A stretch of 35,338 nt of DNA, taken from the IMG/VR virus record IMGVR_UViG_3300030331_005120, positions 1-35,338 of that record; one strand, given 5' to 3'. Made by a program: the position numbers and the translations under genes. Position 1 is the stretch's first letter. Each line of letters opens with the position of its first letter. The notes beneath the pieces were generated by a model, which did no database searches, was not told where the DNA came from, and saw only the letters and a list, made by a program, of their open reading frames with translations. Below are positions 7,643 through 15,954 of the stretch, piece by piece. Origin of the DNA: a virus. Lineage: Duplodnaviria; Caudoviricetes.

Positions 7643-8179
7643 ATGAAGAAAAAACTGCCCCGTCAATTTTCTAAAGAGGGACGGAGCAAACTTATTAAGT
7701 TCATCCCGAACTCTGAGAATGTAAAGCAGGCGTTCGAGCGAAGCCAGAATCTCGGCGTTCTTCCCAATTCATTCACCCGTGGAGCTGGTCGAATGACTGG
7801 CTTCTTGGGTGAGATTGGGTTTGGGCTTCTTTTCCCAGAGTCAAAGTATGTAGGAAATTTTTCCCTCACGCATGACTACTTACTTGGAAATAGAAAAATC
7901 GACGTAAAGTCCAAGACATGCTGTGATAAACCCCGCCCACACTACACCGCTTCTGTAGTTTGTCCTGAAGGCAAGCCCCTCAAGGCAAGCCATTATTTTT
8001 TCGTCCGCGTCCGTAAGGACCTCACCCGAGCGTGGATGCTAGGCTGGGTCACAAAAAATAGACTCATTGCTGAAGGAGAGTTTAAGCGTAAAGGAGAAGA
8101 AGACGATTACGGATTCAAATACAAAGTTTCAGGATATCATATTCCGATCTCAGCTTTACGATCCCCATCTTCTTTATGA
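7643..8179 (+). CDS. PD-(D/E)XK-like nuclease-fold protein
   Basis: G-x-L-G-E helix, HD, and IDVKSK motif. Confidence 0.6.
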   Translation: MKKKLPRQFSKEGRSKLIKFIPNSENVKQAFERSQNLGVLPNSFTRGAGRMTGFLGEIGFGLLFPESKYVGNFSLTHDYLLGNRKIDVKSKTCCDKPRPHYTASVVCPEGKPLKASHYFFVRVRKDLTRAWMLGWVTKNRLIAEGEFKRKGEEDDYGFKYKVSGYHIPISALRSPSSL

Positions 8180-10327
8180 GACTGTAGCCGGAAGAATATC
8201 ATATTTCTCTTCAACGCTTATCGTCCACACCTTCCCACCTCCTTGCCCCACAGATTTCACGGGCCGTATGTTACTGTTAGCTTTGCCAGCTTCTTCCAAA
8301 GCAGACATCCCCCGTCGAACAAACTCAAGATTGTTGGACATACCGACGTTCCTTCCGTTGTTAAAATCGTGGAGGGTTACTTGAAATTCTGTAAGTGTCC
8401 CCTCCCACGTTCTTAACGTGTCGTTAAGGCCTCGGCATTTCTTTGCAAAGAACTCGACCAGTTCTGCGACGGCAGACCGGCTTGAGTTATCGTAAGCTGC
8501 AGAAGAAACCGACACGTCGATAAAACTCGTCACGCCAAACCGTCCATAAGACTCGATTTCTTGAGGGACCTTCCAATCAAGAAGCCACTTACCAAAGTGA
8601 GGCAGCTCAGATTTAATTGTCGCTTCCAACATTTTGTTTGGGGGAAAGTTGCTAGTAGCGTTGTCACTAACACGCAGGGCCATTAGTTTATCGCGATTAC
8701 TGCTATCAAGTGCGGGAATGACAGACAGGCTATTAGCGTCCATATTCAACGACATGATAACTCGGCCCGCCCATGGGATTGAAATAGAATCGGCATATTT
8801 AGCCATATACTCGATGCGTGGGTTTGCAACAGCCCTCTTAATTAGCTCCGTCGCTTTACGTTGATCTTGAAAAGAACTCGCACTGGTGGTGTCATCAATA
8901 ACCCACGACGCGACTCGACCAAGGTCTTTATTAAATTTTGTGTGGCCCGATAGGTAGTCAGATGCGTCAGAAAAACCCCCTACAAGACCAGAAATAACTC
9001 GGTTAGATAGTAAACTTTTACCTTTATTTGTTGGCCCTACTAAAATCAGCGCCTGTCCTTGTCTTGTTTCTCTTTCTAGTATCGCTTCATAAAATCTTTT
9101 TAGCCACGCAAAGAAGTATTCTACCGTGGGGCGAGACGTAGAGTTCTCAAAAAGTTGGTGCAGCCATGCGTGGATGAACGGCCAATATTGTGGGTCTCCA
9201 TCTTCAGCAGGCTCGACTGGTTCTACGGTTGAAGTATTGAGTATCCGATTTCCACTTTCTTCTACGATTCTCTCTTTCGAGAAGACTACCGGAGCAATTT
9301 CAGTAATCCTGTTCTGATTGCTTACTACTAGAATAGCTGCTTCTACTTCCGATAATGGTTTGCCTTTCTTTTGCTTAGGGCAGAATCCCATTTGTCTAAG
9401 TTCTAATACGAGTTGTTCTCTGGGTATTTCGACCGCGATATTGTCTAGCAGCTTGAAAAACTTTTTGCCGTTAAACCAATACTCATCGAGTAAAGACCCC
9501 ATCTTCTTTTGTTCGTAGGCCGATACAAAATTTTGCCCAAATATATCCGCCCAAGACATAAAGCCTCTTCCGGCCCTATCGGAGTAGCATATCATGCCCT
9601 CTTCTGAAACCTGACACCCTTCTCTATCAATGCCATCGTCGATCCAGAATAGGGGACCGCGAGCCCCAATATCAAAGTCTCCGACCCATCTGTGGCCGTA
9701 GTCAGAAAGAACCTTATCTGAAACAACATCTATTGGGATAAGCGTGTCGCCGGACTGAGGGGGCGATTTTTCTGCTGCTTTCAACAGGGCGGTAGTGAAC
9801 ACTGCTTTTGGCAGCGGGAGGCCAATCTTTGTCCAGTCAACCCCCAGTTCAAAATACTGGGACGGGTTCAATGAAGTTTCGTCAAACCCTGCAGTAATTT
9901 TTTTAAGGTTAAGAATAGATTTTATCTGTTTAGAAAACTCCCCAAACATCTCTGGCGAAATAGGAAGGGGCGATTCAAACTCCCACACAAGACGAAGGTA
10001 TCCGCTGTATGTTTTAGTCCTCCATGTTGGGAGATTATTACCGCACATAGCGGCGATCTTAACATCAATCCCATTCCAGTTCACAGGTGCGTCATAATCA
10101 GCTACGATGCCGTGAACTTTGTTCACTGGATTTTCTCCAGATATTCTTTTAGACGGAGCTCTTCCTTCTAAGGCGCTGTAAAAAACATGGTCCGTATTTA
10201 TGTTCGCACACCAAGAACGATACTCTGCCTTTGTTTTAAAGGCTGGGATAGGGTGAGAAAGTTTAGACAAGTCAGATGACTTGTGAGCATCAGAGTTGCG
10301 TAGATTTTTAATATATCGATATGTCAT
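8174..10327 (-). CDS. Primase-helicase: N-terminal primase/polymerase-like domain plus SF3 (DUF5906/D5-like) helicase
   Basis: IVADYD (DxD) motif; Walker A GPTNKGKS; Walker B WVIDD; motif C IMSLN. Confidence 0.8.
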   Translation of the reverse strand: MTYRYIKNLRNSDAHKSSDLSKLSHPIPAFKTKAEYRSWCANINTDHVFYSALEGRAPSKRISGENPVNKVHGIVADYDAPVNWNGIDVKIAAMCGNNLPTWRTKTYSGYLRLVWEFESPLPISPEMFGEFSKQIKSILNLKKITAGFDETSLNPSQYFELGVDWTKIGLPLPKAVFTTALLKAAEKSPPQSGDTLIPIDVVSDKVLSDYGHRWVGDFDIGARGPLFWIDDGIDREGCQVSEEGMICYSDRAGRGFMSWADIFGQNFVSAYEQKKMGSLLDEYWFNGKKFFKLLDNIAVEIPREQLVLELRQMGFCPKQKKGKPLSEVEAAILVVSNQNRITEIAPVVFSKERIVEESGNRILNTSTVEPVEPAEDGDPQYWPFIHAWLHQLFENSTSRPTVEYFFAWLKRFYEAILERETRQGQALILVGPTNKGKSLLSNRVISGLVGGFSDASDYLSGHTKFNKDLGRVASWVIDDTTSASSFQDQRKATELIKRAVANPRIEYMAKYADSISIPWAGRVIMSLNMDANSLSVIPALDSSNRDKLMALRVSDNATSNFPPNKMLEATIKSELPHFGKWLLDWKVPQEIESYGRFGVTSFIDVSVSSAAYDNSSRSAVAELVEFFAKKCRGLNDTLRTWEGTLTEFQVTLHDFNNGRNVGMSNNLEFVRRGMSALEEAGKANSNIRPVKSVGQGGGKVWTISVEEKYDILPATVS

Positions 10328-12099
10328 TTAGTGTATCGAGTTAAGATTGCCCCATCAGCAGCAAGAGGAATATCAGTAATCCAATCCGGAGGAGTGGACA
10401 TAATATCCAATAGTTCTGATAAAACAGTTTCTGCTTTATCAGCATCAGCTTCGACAACGATTTCATCGTGAACGTGCATGATAATTTTATGGCCTGCTGC
10501 ATTCACTCTGACAAGCATGTCCGAAAAAATATCTCTGGCTAACGCTTGCGATGCGTTCTCTGCGACAAATCCTCCCCATAGTTTTATCGGAATCATCTTC
10601 GCCCCTTTTGGAAAATGAGCGACGTATTGTAACCTTCCCCCCTCAACTTTATCCGCTGATATTAGTCCATAGTCTAGCGATCGTCCGCTCGGAAGATCGA
10701 CAGTAAAAGGAGTGGGCACACTTTGATCTGACAAAGTGTAAGCCCCCCTTATATCAGAATTATAGTCCTGCCATAAGCGAGTAACTGTTTCCATTGACGC
10801 CCGATACAAGTCAACAGCTGCGTCAGCTTCTTTTTGAGTCATGCCGGACATTTCTGCGAAACGCTTTTTGCCCGCGCCATACCCGCACCCCAACACCATA
10901 GCTTTAACTTTGTGCCGAAGTTTAGGGTCTTGTTTCAAAGATCCTTTTTCTTTGTCCCACCTACCAAAACGAATAGCAAACGCTTCGTATATGTCTTCGG
11001 TATCTTCAATTTCAGCCAGCATCTGTTTGTCTCCTGCCAGCCAACAAAGAGTCCGGACTTCAATCTGGCTCAAGTCGGCCACAACTAAGCGCTTGTCTTC
11101 TTTTGTTGATATTAAGTGACGAAGGTTCGCCCCAAACATTTCTTCTCTAGGAAGATTCTGTAGGTTCAGATTGCCCCCACTTCCACTGAAACGTCCGGTG
11201 TGCGCTCCGAAATACATGAAGCCCCCGTAATACCGTTCGTCTGGCATTGTAGCGACATCAAAAGATTCTATCTTCTTTTTGAGCGCGTTGATTCTTCTCC
11301 AGTTTTGTGTGGCTTCTATCCAATCGTGTTTTTGACTATTGAAGTCTATCCACTTTTGACTTTCTGGATTAGTCTTTGCCAGACTAGCTGGGGGCTCAAT
11401 ACCTACCTTTTGGCACTCTTCGTCAAATGCGGCACGGCTTAACAATGGCTTATTGCCGAGCCAAGGAATTGCTGCTTCCGCTTCAAACAGCTTTTCTTTG
11501 ACTACCTCTAGTTGCTGTTTGAGGAGGCGCGTATCTATCGGGATACCTCCTTGAGATATTTTTCTGTTAAGAATACTTATCTCTCTTTCATGGTCGGGCC
11601 ATTGATCACTAAATTCTTCCCATAAACGAAGGCATAGTTCGGCATCTACCATAGCATAACGCCTTACCTCTTCGCGGAACTCGTCGGTCATGTTCTCCCA
11701 ACGCTTGCCGCTCATATTGTCGCGTGTGCTTTTATCTACTTCGATCCCAAATGCTTTATTAGTCGCGCCTTTAAGAGAGCGAGGAAGCCGAACATACGCT
11801 GCCAAGTCGGCCGTGCAGTGCCATTCGAGGGGGGTAACTTCCGGCCACCATCCTTCGGTAGCTCCATGTAGATATAAGGTTTCATCAAAAGCAGCGTTGT
11901 GACTAATCGCTCTATTACCAATTAACAAATCCCAGTTAAACTCCTTGGGGTGCCCAACAAATTCTGTCCCGTCAGTCCCTTTGACTGTGAGCATGTAGGC
12001 GTCAAAATCTGGGTGGGTAAAGTAACCCATAGGCCCAAGCGTCCGTATGCTACAGCGCTTGTCATAATAAGTCTCGTAATCGAGTGCATAAGTTTTCAT
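10324..12099 (-). CDS. polA: DNA polymerase, family A, with 3'-5' exonuclease
   Basis: ExoI ALDYET, ExoII HNAAFD, HTGRFSG, NLQNLPR, motif A DLSQIEVR, motif B KAMVLGCGYG, motif C HVHDE. Confidence 0.95.
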   Translation of the reverse strand: MKTYALDYETYYDKRCSIRTLGPMGYFTHPDFDAYMLTVKGTDGTEFVGHPKEFNWDLLIGNRAISHNAAFDETLYLHGATEGWWPEVTPLEWHCTADLAAYVRLPRSLKGATNKAFGIEVDKSTRDNMSGKRWENMTDEFREEVRRYAMVDAELCLRLWEEFSDQWPDHEREISILNRKISQGGIPIDTRLLKQQLEVVKEKLFEAEAAIPWLGNKPLLSRAAFDEECQKVGIEPPASLAKTNPESQKWIDFNSQKHDWIEATQNWRRINALKKKIESFDVATMPDERYYGGFMYFGAHTGRFSGSGGNLNLQNLPREEMFGANLRHLISTKEDKRLVVADLSQIEVRTLCWLAGDKQMLAEIEDTEDIYEAFAIRFGRWDKEKGSLKQDPKLRHKVKAMVLGCGYGAGKKRFAEMSGMTQKEADAAVDLYRASMETVTRLWQDYNSDIRGAYTLSDQSVPTPFTVDLPSGRSLDYGLISADKVEGGRLQYVAHFPKGAKMIPIKLWGGFVAENASQALARDIFSDMLVRVNAAGHKIIMHVHDEIVVEADADKAETVLSELLDIMSTPPDWITDIPLAADGAILTRYTK

Positions 12100-12104
12100 G
12101 TCTT

Positions 12105-12145
12105 AAAAAGACCCCCTACTGGAAAAAGTAAAAACCAGTAGGGGG
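12105..12145 (-). terminator. Intrinsic terminator-like hairpin immediately upstream of the polA start
   Basis: 11-bp stem CCCCCTACTGG/CCAGTAGGGGG with a 12-nt loop, followed on the minus strand by TCTTTTT; ATG follows 5 nt later. Confidence 0.6.
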
Positions 12146-12237
12146 CAAGCTGCCGCCGCTTTTATGTGGTTACGGCGAGGGCGATGCTGATAACCAGACC
12201 CAACAACAACAACGAGTCCGCCACAATACCCGAATGG

Positions 12238-12468
12238 TTACTCGCTTCCTATTTCGGTTTCTTTTCCGTCTACAACAAAACTCAGACTCAACTGATCTTT
12301 GTCTTCAACTTTCAATTCCTCTCCGATCGAAGAAGCAAGAGCTGCTCGAATGTTGATGAGCTTAATCCTTCCCTGTTTCGTTTGCTCCAATTGGTCATCA
12401 AGTTCGGCGATCATGCTAGTCAGCATTTTGATCTCCTCCTCAATTGTGGTGTGGTCAAAATCTGCCAT
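12238..12468 (-). CDS. 76-aa coiled-coil hypothetical protein
   Basis: TAATG coupling to the upstream gene; heptad-like pattern. Confidence 0.75.
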   Translation of the reverse strand: MADFDHTTIEEEIKMLTSMIAELDDQLEQTKQGRIKLINIRAALASSIGEELKVEDKDQLSLSFVVDGKETEIGSE

Positions 12469-13115
12469 TATCTTGAAAAGTTATTGGCAAATTTCTGCAC
12501 GGCCTCACTCGTTTCCTTTTCGGTAAACGTGAGAGATGGAGCATACCATGAATACTTGCCCCGAGAGATGAGAGCGGACGTAAAGTCCCAGTATCTCATA
12601 AACGCGGGGGTATCAGGATTGAACAGAGTAAACGTAGCGAGACGCTTAAAGGTCTGACGATACGCATCCTTGGCCACATTGATGCGACCGAGTGCAAAGA
12701 ACTCATCTCCAATCGGAAACGGGAATGCGTGGTCTACAGATGTGTCCTCTGGTTTTGCAATCGCCAGAGTAATATCCGCAAACTCAAGCATCGGATAATC
12801 AGATGACTTCGCGATCTGATCGCGCTCCTCTTGCGAGTTAGCAATCCGAGGGACTTCGTCATCATCATATGGGATGTCTTCCCGCCAGCCCTTCATTACA
12901 GAAACCGGCACAGCTTTGAGAGAGTTCTCTGGATCTGTTTCTGCTTCCGCAATAACGAACTGTTTGTCCAAAACGATGCTGCCAAAAGGCGCATCAATCT
13001 CAGACGTTTTTTGCACCACGTTGATCCGAGGGATCTCGATGTCGCTTGGTTCAATCATCATGGCCGCTGGGGACATGATTTCCGTCGTGGTGGCTTCCTT
13101 AATTTTTCCTGCCAT
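12468..13115 (-). CDS. Putative single-stranded DNA-binding protein
   Basis: DIEIPRINVVQKTS N-terminal motif; aromatic C-terminal strands (GKYSWYAP); lies between the exonuclease and polA. Start MAGKIKE at 13115 avoids the overlap. Confidence 0.55.
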   Translation of the reverse strand: MAGKIKEATTTEIMSPAAMMIEPSDIEIPRINVVQKTSEIDAPFGSIVLDKQFVIAEAETDPENSLKAVPVSVMKGWREDIPYDDDEVPRIANSQEERDQIAKSSDYPMLEFADITLAIAKPEDTSVDHAFPFPIGDEFFALGRINVAKDAYRQTFKRLATFTLFNPDTPAFMRYWDFTSALISRGKYSWYAPSLTFTEKETSEAVQKFANNFSR

Positions 13116-13141
13116 TGTGTTTCGTGTTTCTTGTTTCTTGT

Positions 13142-14272
13142 TTAGGAGAGAGTGTGTCTCTCCGGACTGATCGAGACCATACCTTCTGCGAGGCACTCGT
13201 CAACAAATTCTTGAGAAATATTTTTTCGCTGCCCCTTTTCCGCTTTTTCCCCGACTGCTTTTGCGATCTTAGCTAGTGGAAGATTGGCCGCTTCAATAAG
13301 TTCTTCGGCGGTCATGCCAAACTTTTCAGCCACTCCAAGAACCCCGAGGTTGTCGTCTACTTTTTTAGGAGACCCCATGCTCTTTAGTCTAAGACTTGGG
13401 AACTCGACCCCTTCTTTTGCCATCCCAATAGCTTTCTTTTTTATGTGGTCCGCCCAGTTAGAAACCATCTTTGCGATAAGCCAAAGCTGTTCGATGACTT
13501 CAGGATCACTAACATCATGTATATCCACGTCGGGAAGTTCCGTGTTTATCTTTTTAGCTACAGAGATAACCAGCCCCCCAAGAGCCGGACACGCATCTTC
13601 GTGGCGACAAAATCTGCAATTAACTGTAGGTGTAAGATCAGATAACTCAGGAGTTCCCGTTTGCCATTTTGGTCGGACCCGTTCTCCTTTTTTAATTACC
13701 TCAGAAAGTTTTCTGACTAAGACGGGGAGATCATCTCTAGTGAAAGTGTAGAACAAAGTTTCGTTCCTTACCGGAACGTAAAACACAAACACAATCTCGT
13801 TTAGTTCAGGGAACTTTTGAAATGCGCCCACCGTGTATGCTTGCGCTTGCCAATTTTTTTCTGGGGGATCAATCATACTAATCCCTGTTTTGTAATCTGC
13901 TAGTATCCCTGTTCCGTCATCAAACATAGTTAGCCGGTCACAAGTGCCCCACGTTGACGTGCCCTCTAGCTCTACAGTAAGCTGGACTTCTTTGTAGTCG
14001 CGTTTTTCGGCTCTACCGTTTTGTGCGTAGTTAAAAATAAACGACTCTTCCTCTTCGACGATTTGCTCAAAGATACTAACTTCTTCTTCGCTCTCTAAGT
14101 TAGTTGTGTCATTAATCTCTAGCGCCTCGTGAATTCGTGTGCCTTTTTCGGCTGCTGCGCTTGTCCCTTCTTTACCGTGATACCCCGCGCAACCGGCTAT
14201 GTATTTTAAAGCAGACGGAGAAAATTCTGCGTGGTCTCTATCTGAGTGAGAATCGGGCATAGCCCCGATCAT
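13142..14272 (-). CDS. Cas4-like / DUF2800-type PD-(D/E)XK exonuclease
   Basis: FSPSA...C, GTRIHE, GTCD, ADYKTG, QxxxY, and CRFCxxxxxCP Fe-S-type cysteines. Confidence 0.85.
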   Translation of the reverse strand: MIGAMPDSHSDRDHAEFSPSALKYIAGCAGYHGKEGTSAAAEKGTRIHEALEINDTTNLESEEEVSIFEQIVEEEESFIFNYAQNGRAEKRDYKEVQLTVELEGTSTWGTCDRLTMFDDGTGILADYKTGISMIDPPEKNWQAQAYTVGAFQKFPELNEIVFVFYVPVRNETLFYTFTRDDLPVLVRKLSEVIKKGERVRPKWQTGTPELSDLTPTVNCRFCRHEDACPALGGLVISVAKKINTELPDVDIHDVSDPEVIEQLWLIAKMVSNWADHIKKKAIGMAKEGVEFPSLRLKSMGSPKKVDDNLGVLGVAEKFGMTAEELIEAANLPLAKIAKAVGEKAEKGQRKNISQEFVDECLAEGMVSISPERHTLS

Positions 14273-14775
14273 ACATCCTTAGACCGCCCTGTCAAAATAT
14301 ATTGAGCAATTAAAAAAGCGTCGATCATTCCGTCGTGCGGAGTTCGACAGCGTTTGTTTTTTAGCCAGTTCTCTGAAGGGGCGAGCCGTTCAGCTACGTT
14401 TAAAGCCGCCACCTTAGACATCCCTTTTGGCACGTTACCCAACATTTTCTTTTGCCACTTATGAACAGATACTCGGAAAATCTCAAACTCCTTTGCTTCA
14501 GCCATGCCTACAATTTTTCCAAAGCTGATGGCCATAGACCTAACCGCTTGCGAACTTTTTGCGTGTGCGAGTGGTTCTTCTACCGCGAGGCAAAATGGGC
14601 TGTGTAGGTTTACCAACCAGTCGTAAACTTTCTTGGTATCGACCTCTCGTTTTTTGCTGAGTTGTTTGCATGGCATCGCCATCTTATCGACGATTAATCC
14701 GTGGCTAGAAATAGCGCACAGCCCACCGTCTAATCCGTTGTCGATTCCAACTATGATGATTGGTTCTTCAGACAT
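14269..14775 (-). CDS. RuvC-like Holliday junction resolvase
   Basis: IIVGIDNG, VEE, W-x-K and DGMIDA acidic motifs. Confidence 0.85.
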   Translation of the reverse strand: MSEEPIIIVGIDNGLDGGLCAISSHGLIVDKMAMPCKQLSKKREVDTKKVYDWLVNLHSPFCLAVEEPLAHAKSSQAVRSMAISFGKIVGMAEAKEFEIFRVSVHKWQKKMLGNVPKGMSKVAALNVAERLAPSENWLKNKRCRTPHDGMIDAFLIAQYILTGRSKDV

Positions 14776-15002
14776 GACGGAGATATGATGAGACCGTTGC
14801 CGTGCTCTGGGGTAAACACGATGTAGTTCTTAGGAAGGCCCTGCAAAAAAATAACTTCTTTCGCGTTGCTAGGCGTGACTCTAAAAAAAGTTCCAACTAG
14901 GGTCTTTTTTACAAACCCAAAATCGTTACTAGAAACATTGTCTTTTCTTATTAAGACTTTCGGGTTCGTCTCAATCGCCCTGTTTGGGAATAGTTGACTC
15001 AT
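14751..15002 (-). CDS. 83-aa hypothetical protein
   Basis: ATGA coupling at 14999-15002 gives the start MSQLFPNR. Confidence 0.65.
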   Translation of the reverse strand: MSQLFPNRAIETNPKVLIRKDNVSSNDFGFVKKTLVGTFFRVTPSNAKEVIFLQGLPKNYIVFTPEHGNGLIISPSCLKNQSS

Positions 15003-15361
15003 TTGTTCAAGACGGTTGAATCTAAAAAACAAGGAGTGGCAGGACCTAAGTCACAGGACATTAATTGATCTAAGGCTAAATCGACTTCGTCCTCAGTAAG
15101 TCCGTGTTTTTCTTTAAGAATTATTCTAGTCCCCGCTATTGAGTAGCACGCAATTGTTGGGTGTCTCGCGTGCTCGACAACACCTATGTAAGCGTCTTTC
15201 AGCTCACTAAACATGAGCATACTTGTTTTCTTAGACTCGACCCTTTCGTAAAATCCTTGATAACAAGTCGGATCAGTTTGTCTGTAGAAGTAAGGATCAT
15301 CAGACGGATGATAATTCGCGCCTTCAAACTCTGGAGCACCCGAATCAAAATCAAAGATCAT
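14999..15361 (-). CDS. 120-aa hypothetical phage protein (AYIGV...ACYS...GPATPCFL)
   Basis: Translationally coupled at both ends within the operon. Confidence 0.75.
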   Translation of the reverse strand: MIFDFDSGAPEFEGANYHPSDDPYFYRQTDPTCYQGFYERVESKKTSMLMFSELKDAYIGVVEHARHPTIACYSIAGTRIILKEKHGLTEDEVDLALDQLMSCDLGPATPCFLDSTVLNK

Positions 15362-15924
15362 TAGTCTACGTCGATTATTGGTGCTACAGCTCCTTTTCCT
15401 CTATCTGCTTTAGTGTTATTTAAAATGGAGATATCAATTTGCATTTTACTGCTACCCCCAGACTTTGCGTTTAGGCCTAAATTCCTACGAATAAACTGAT
15501 CTAGTTCAGAGAGTTCTCGTATTGTTCGAGGAGCTCTTAAATTTTTTACGCTGTCCCGCATCAGTTTGATGCCGGTTGCCGCAGCGTAGTGTTGGTATTT
15601 GTCAGCCGGAGTTGACTGACTCTCAGCAATCTCCAAAATAGTTTCGTCCTCTTTTTGCCTCGCGTCATGGCTCGCGCGAAGAATAGCTTCATCGGTAGTA
15701 GCCTCTAGTCTCTGTTCTATAGAGTCTTTTGGTGACTCATCAGTTTCTTCTACAACTGGAGGATGCAGGCCATTTTTCTTAGCGGGGATGCCAATTTTTT
15801 TGAACCATCTTCGCACCGTGCCGGGGTGAACCCCGAGCTCTTTAGCAATCGAAACAGTCTTCCAGTTCGCCTTATACATGGATAAGGCCCGTTGTTGAAG
15901 AGAGTCTTTAGATTTGTCAGGCAC
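15361..15924 (-). CDS. HTH DNA-binding protein, probable terminase small subunit
   Basis: N-terminal HTH (SIAKELGVHPGTVRRW), helical middle, C-terminal strand QIDISIL...IIDVD; adjacent to terL. Confidence 0.6.
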   Translation of the reverse strand: MPDKSKDSLQQRALSMYKANWKTVSIAKELGVHPGTVRRWFKKIGIPAKKNGLHPPVVEETDESPKDSIEQRLEATTDEAILRASHDARQKEDETILEIAESQSTPADKYQHYAAATGIKLMRDSVKNLRAPRTIRELSELDQFIRRNLGLNAKSGGSSKMQIDISILNNTKADRGKGAVAPIIDVD

Positions 15925-15942
15925 GGTTGAAGGGCGTAATCT
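15914..15942 (+). promoter_or_regulatory. sigma70-like promoter for terL, TTGTCA-N17-TAATCT
   Basis: The -35 box lies inside the first codons of the divergent HTH gene. Confidence 0.45.
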
Positions 15943-15954
15943 GTGATTTTTATT

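Noticed and set aside
13116-13196. Longer upstream starts in the ORF track (13196; likewise 3823, 6638, 15032, 15943, 17739, 33737, 34900)
   Set aside because: They overlap neighbouring genes or promoter boxes. Downstream starts fit coupling or promoter geometry better.
13142-14272. Cas4-like nuclease as a sign of a CRISPR system
   Set aside because: No repeat-spacer array or other cas genes are seen. Its position beside SSB and PolA is the usual phage recombination context.
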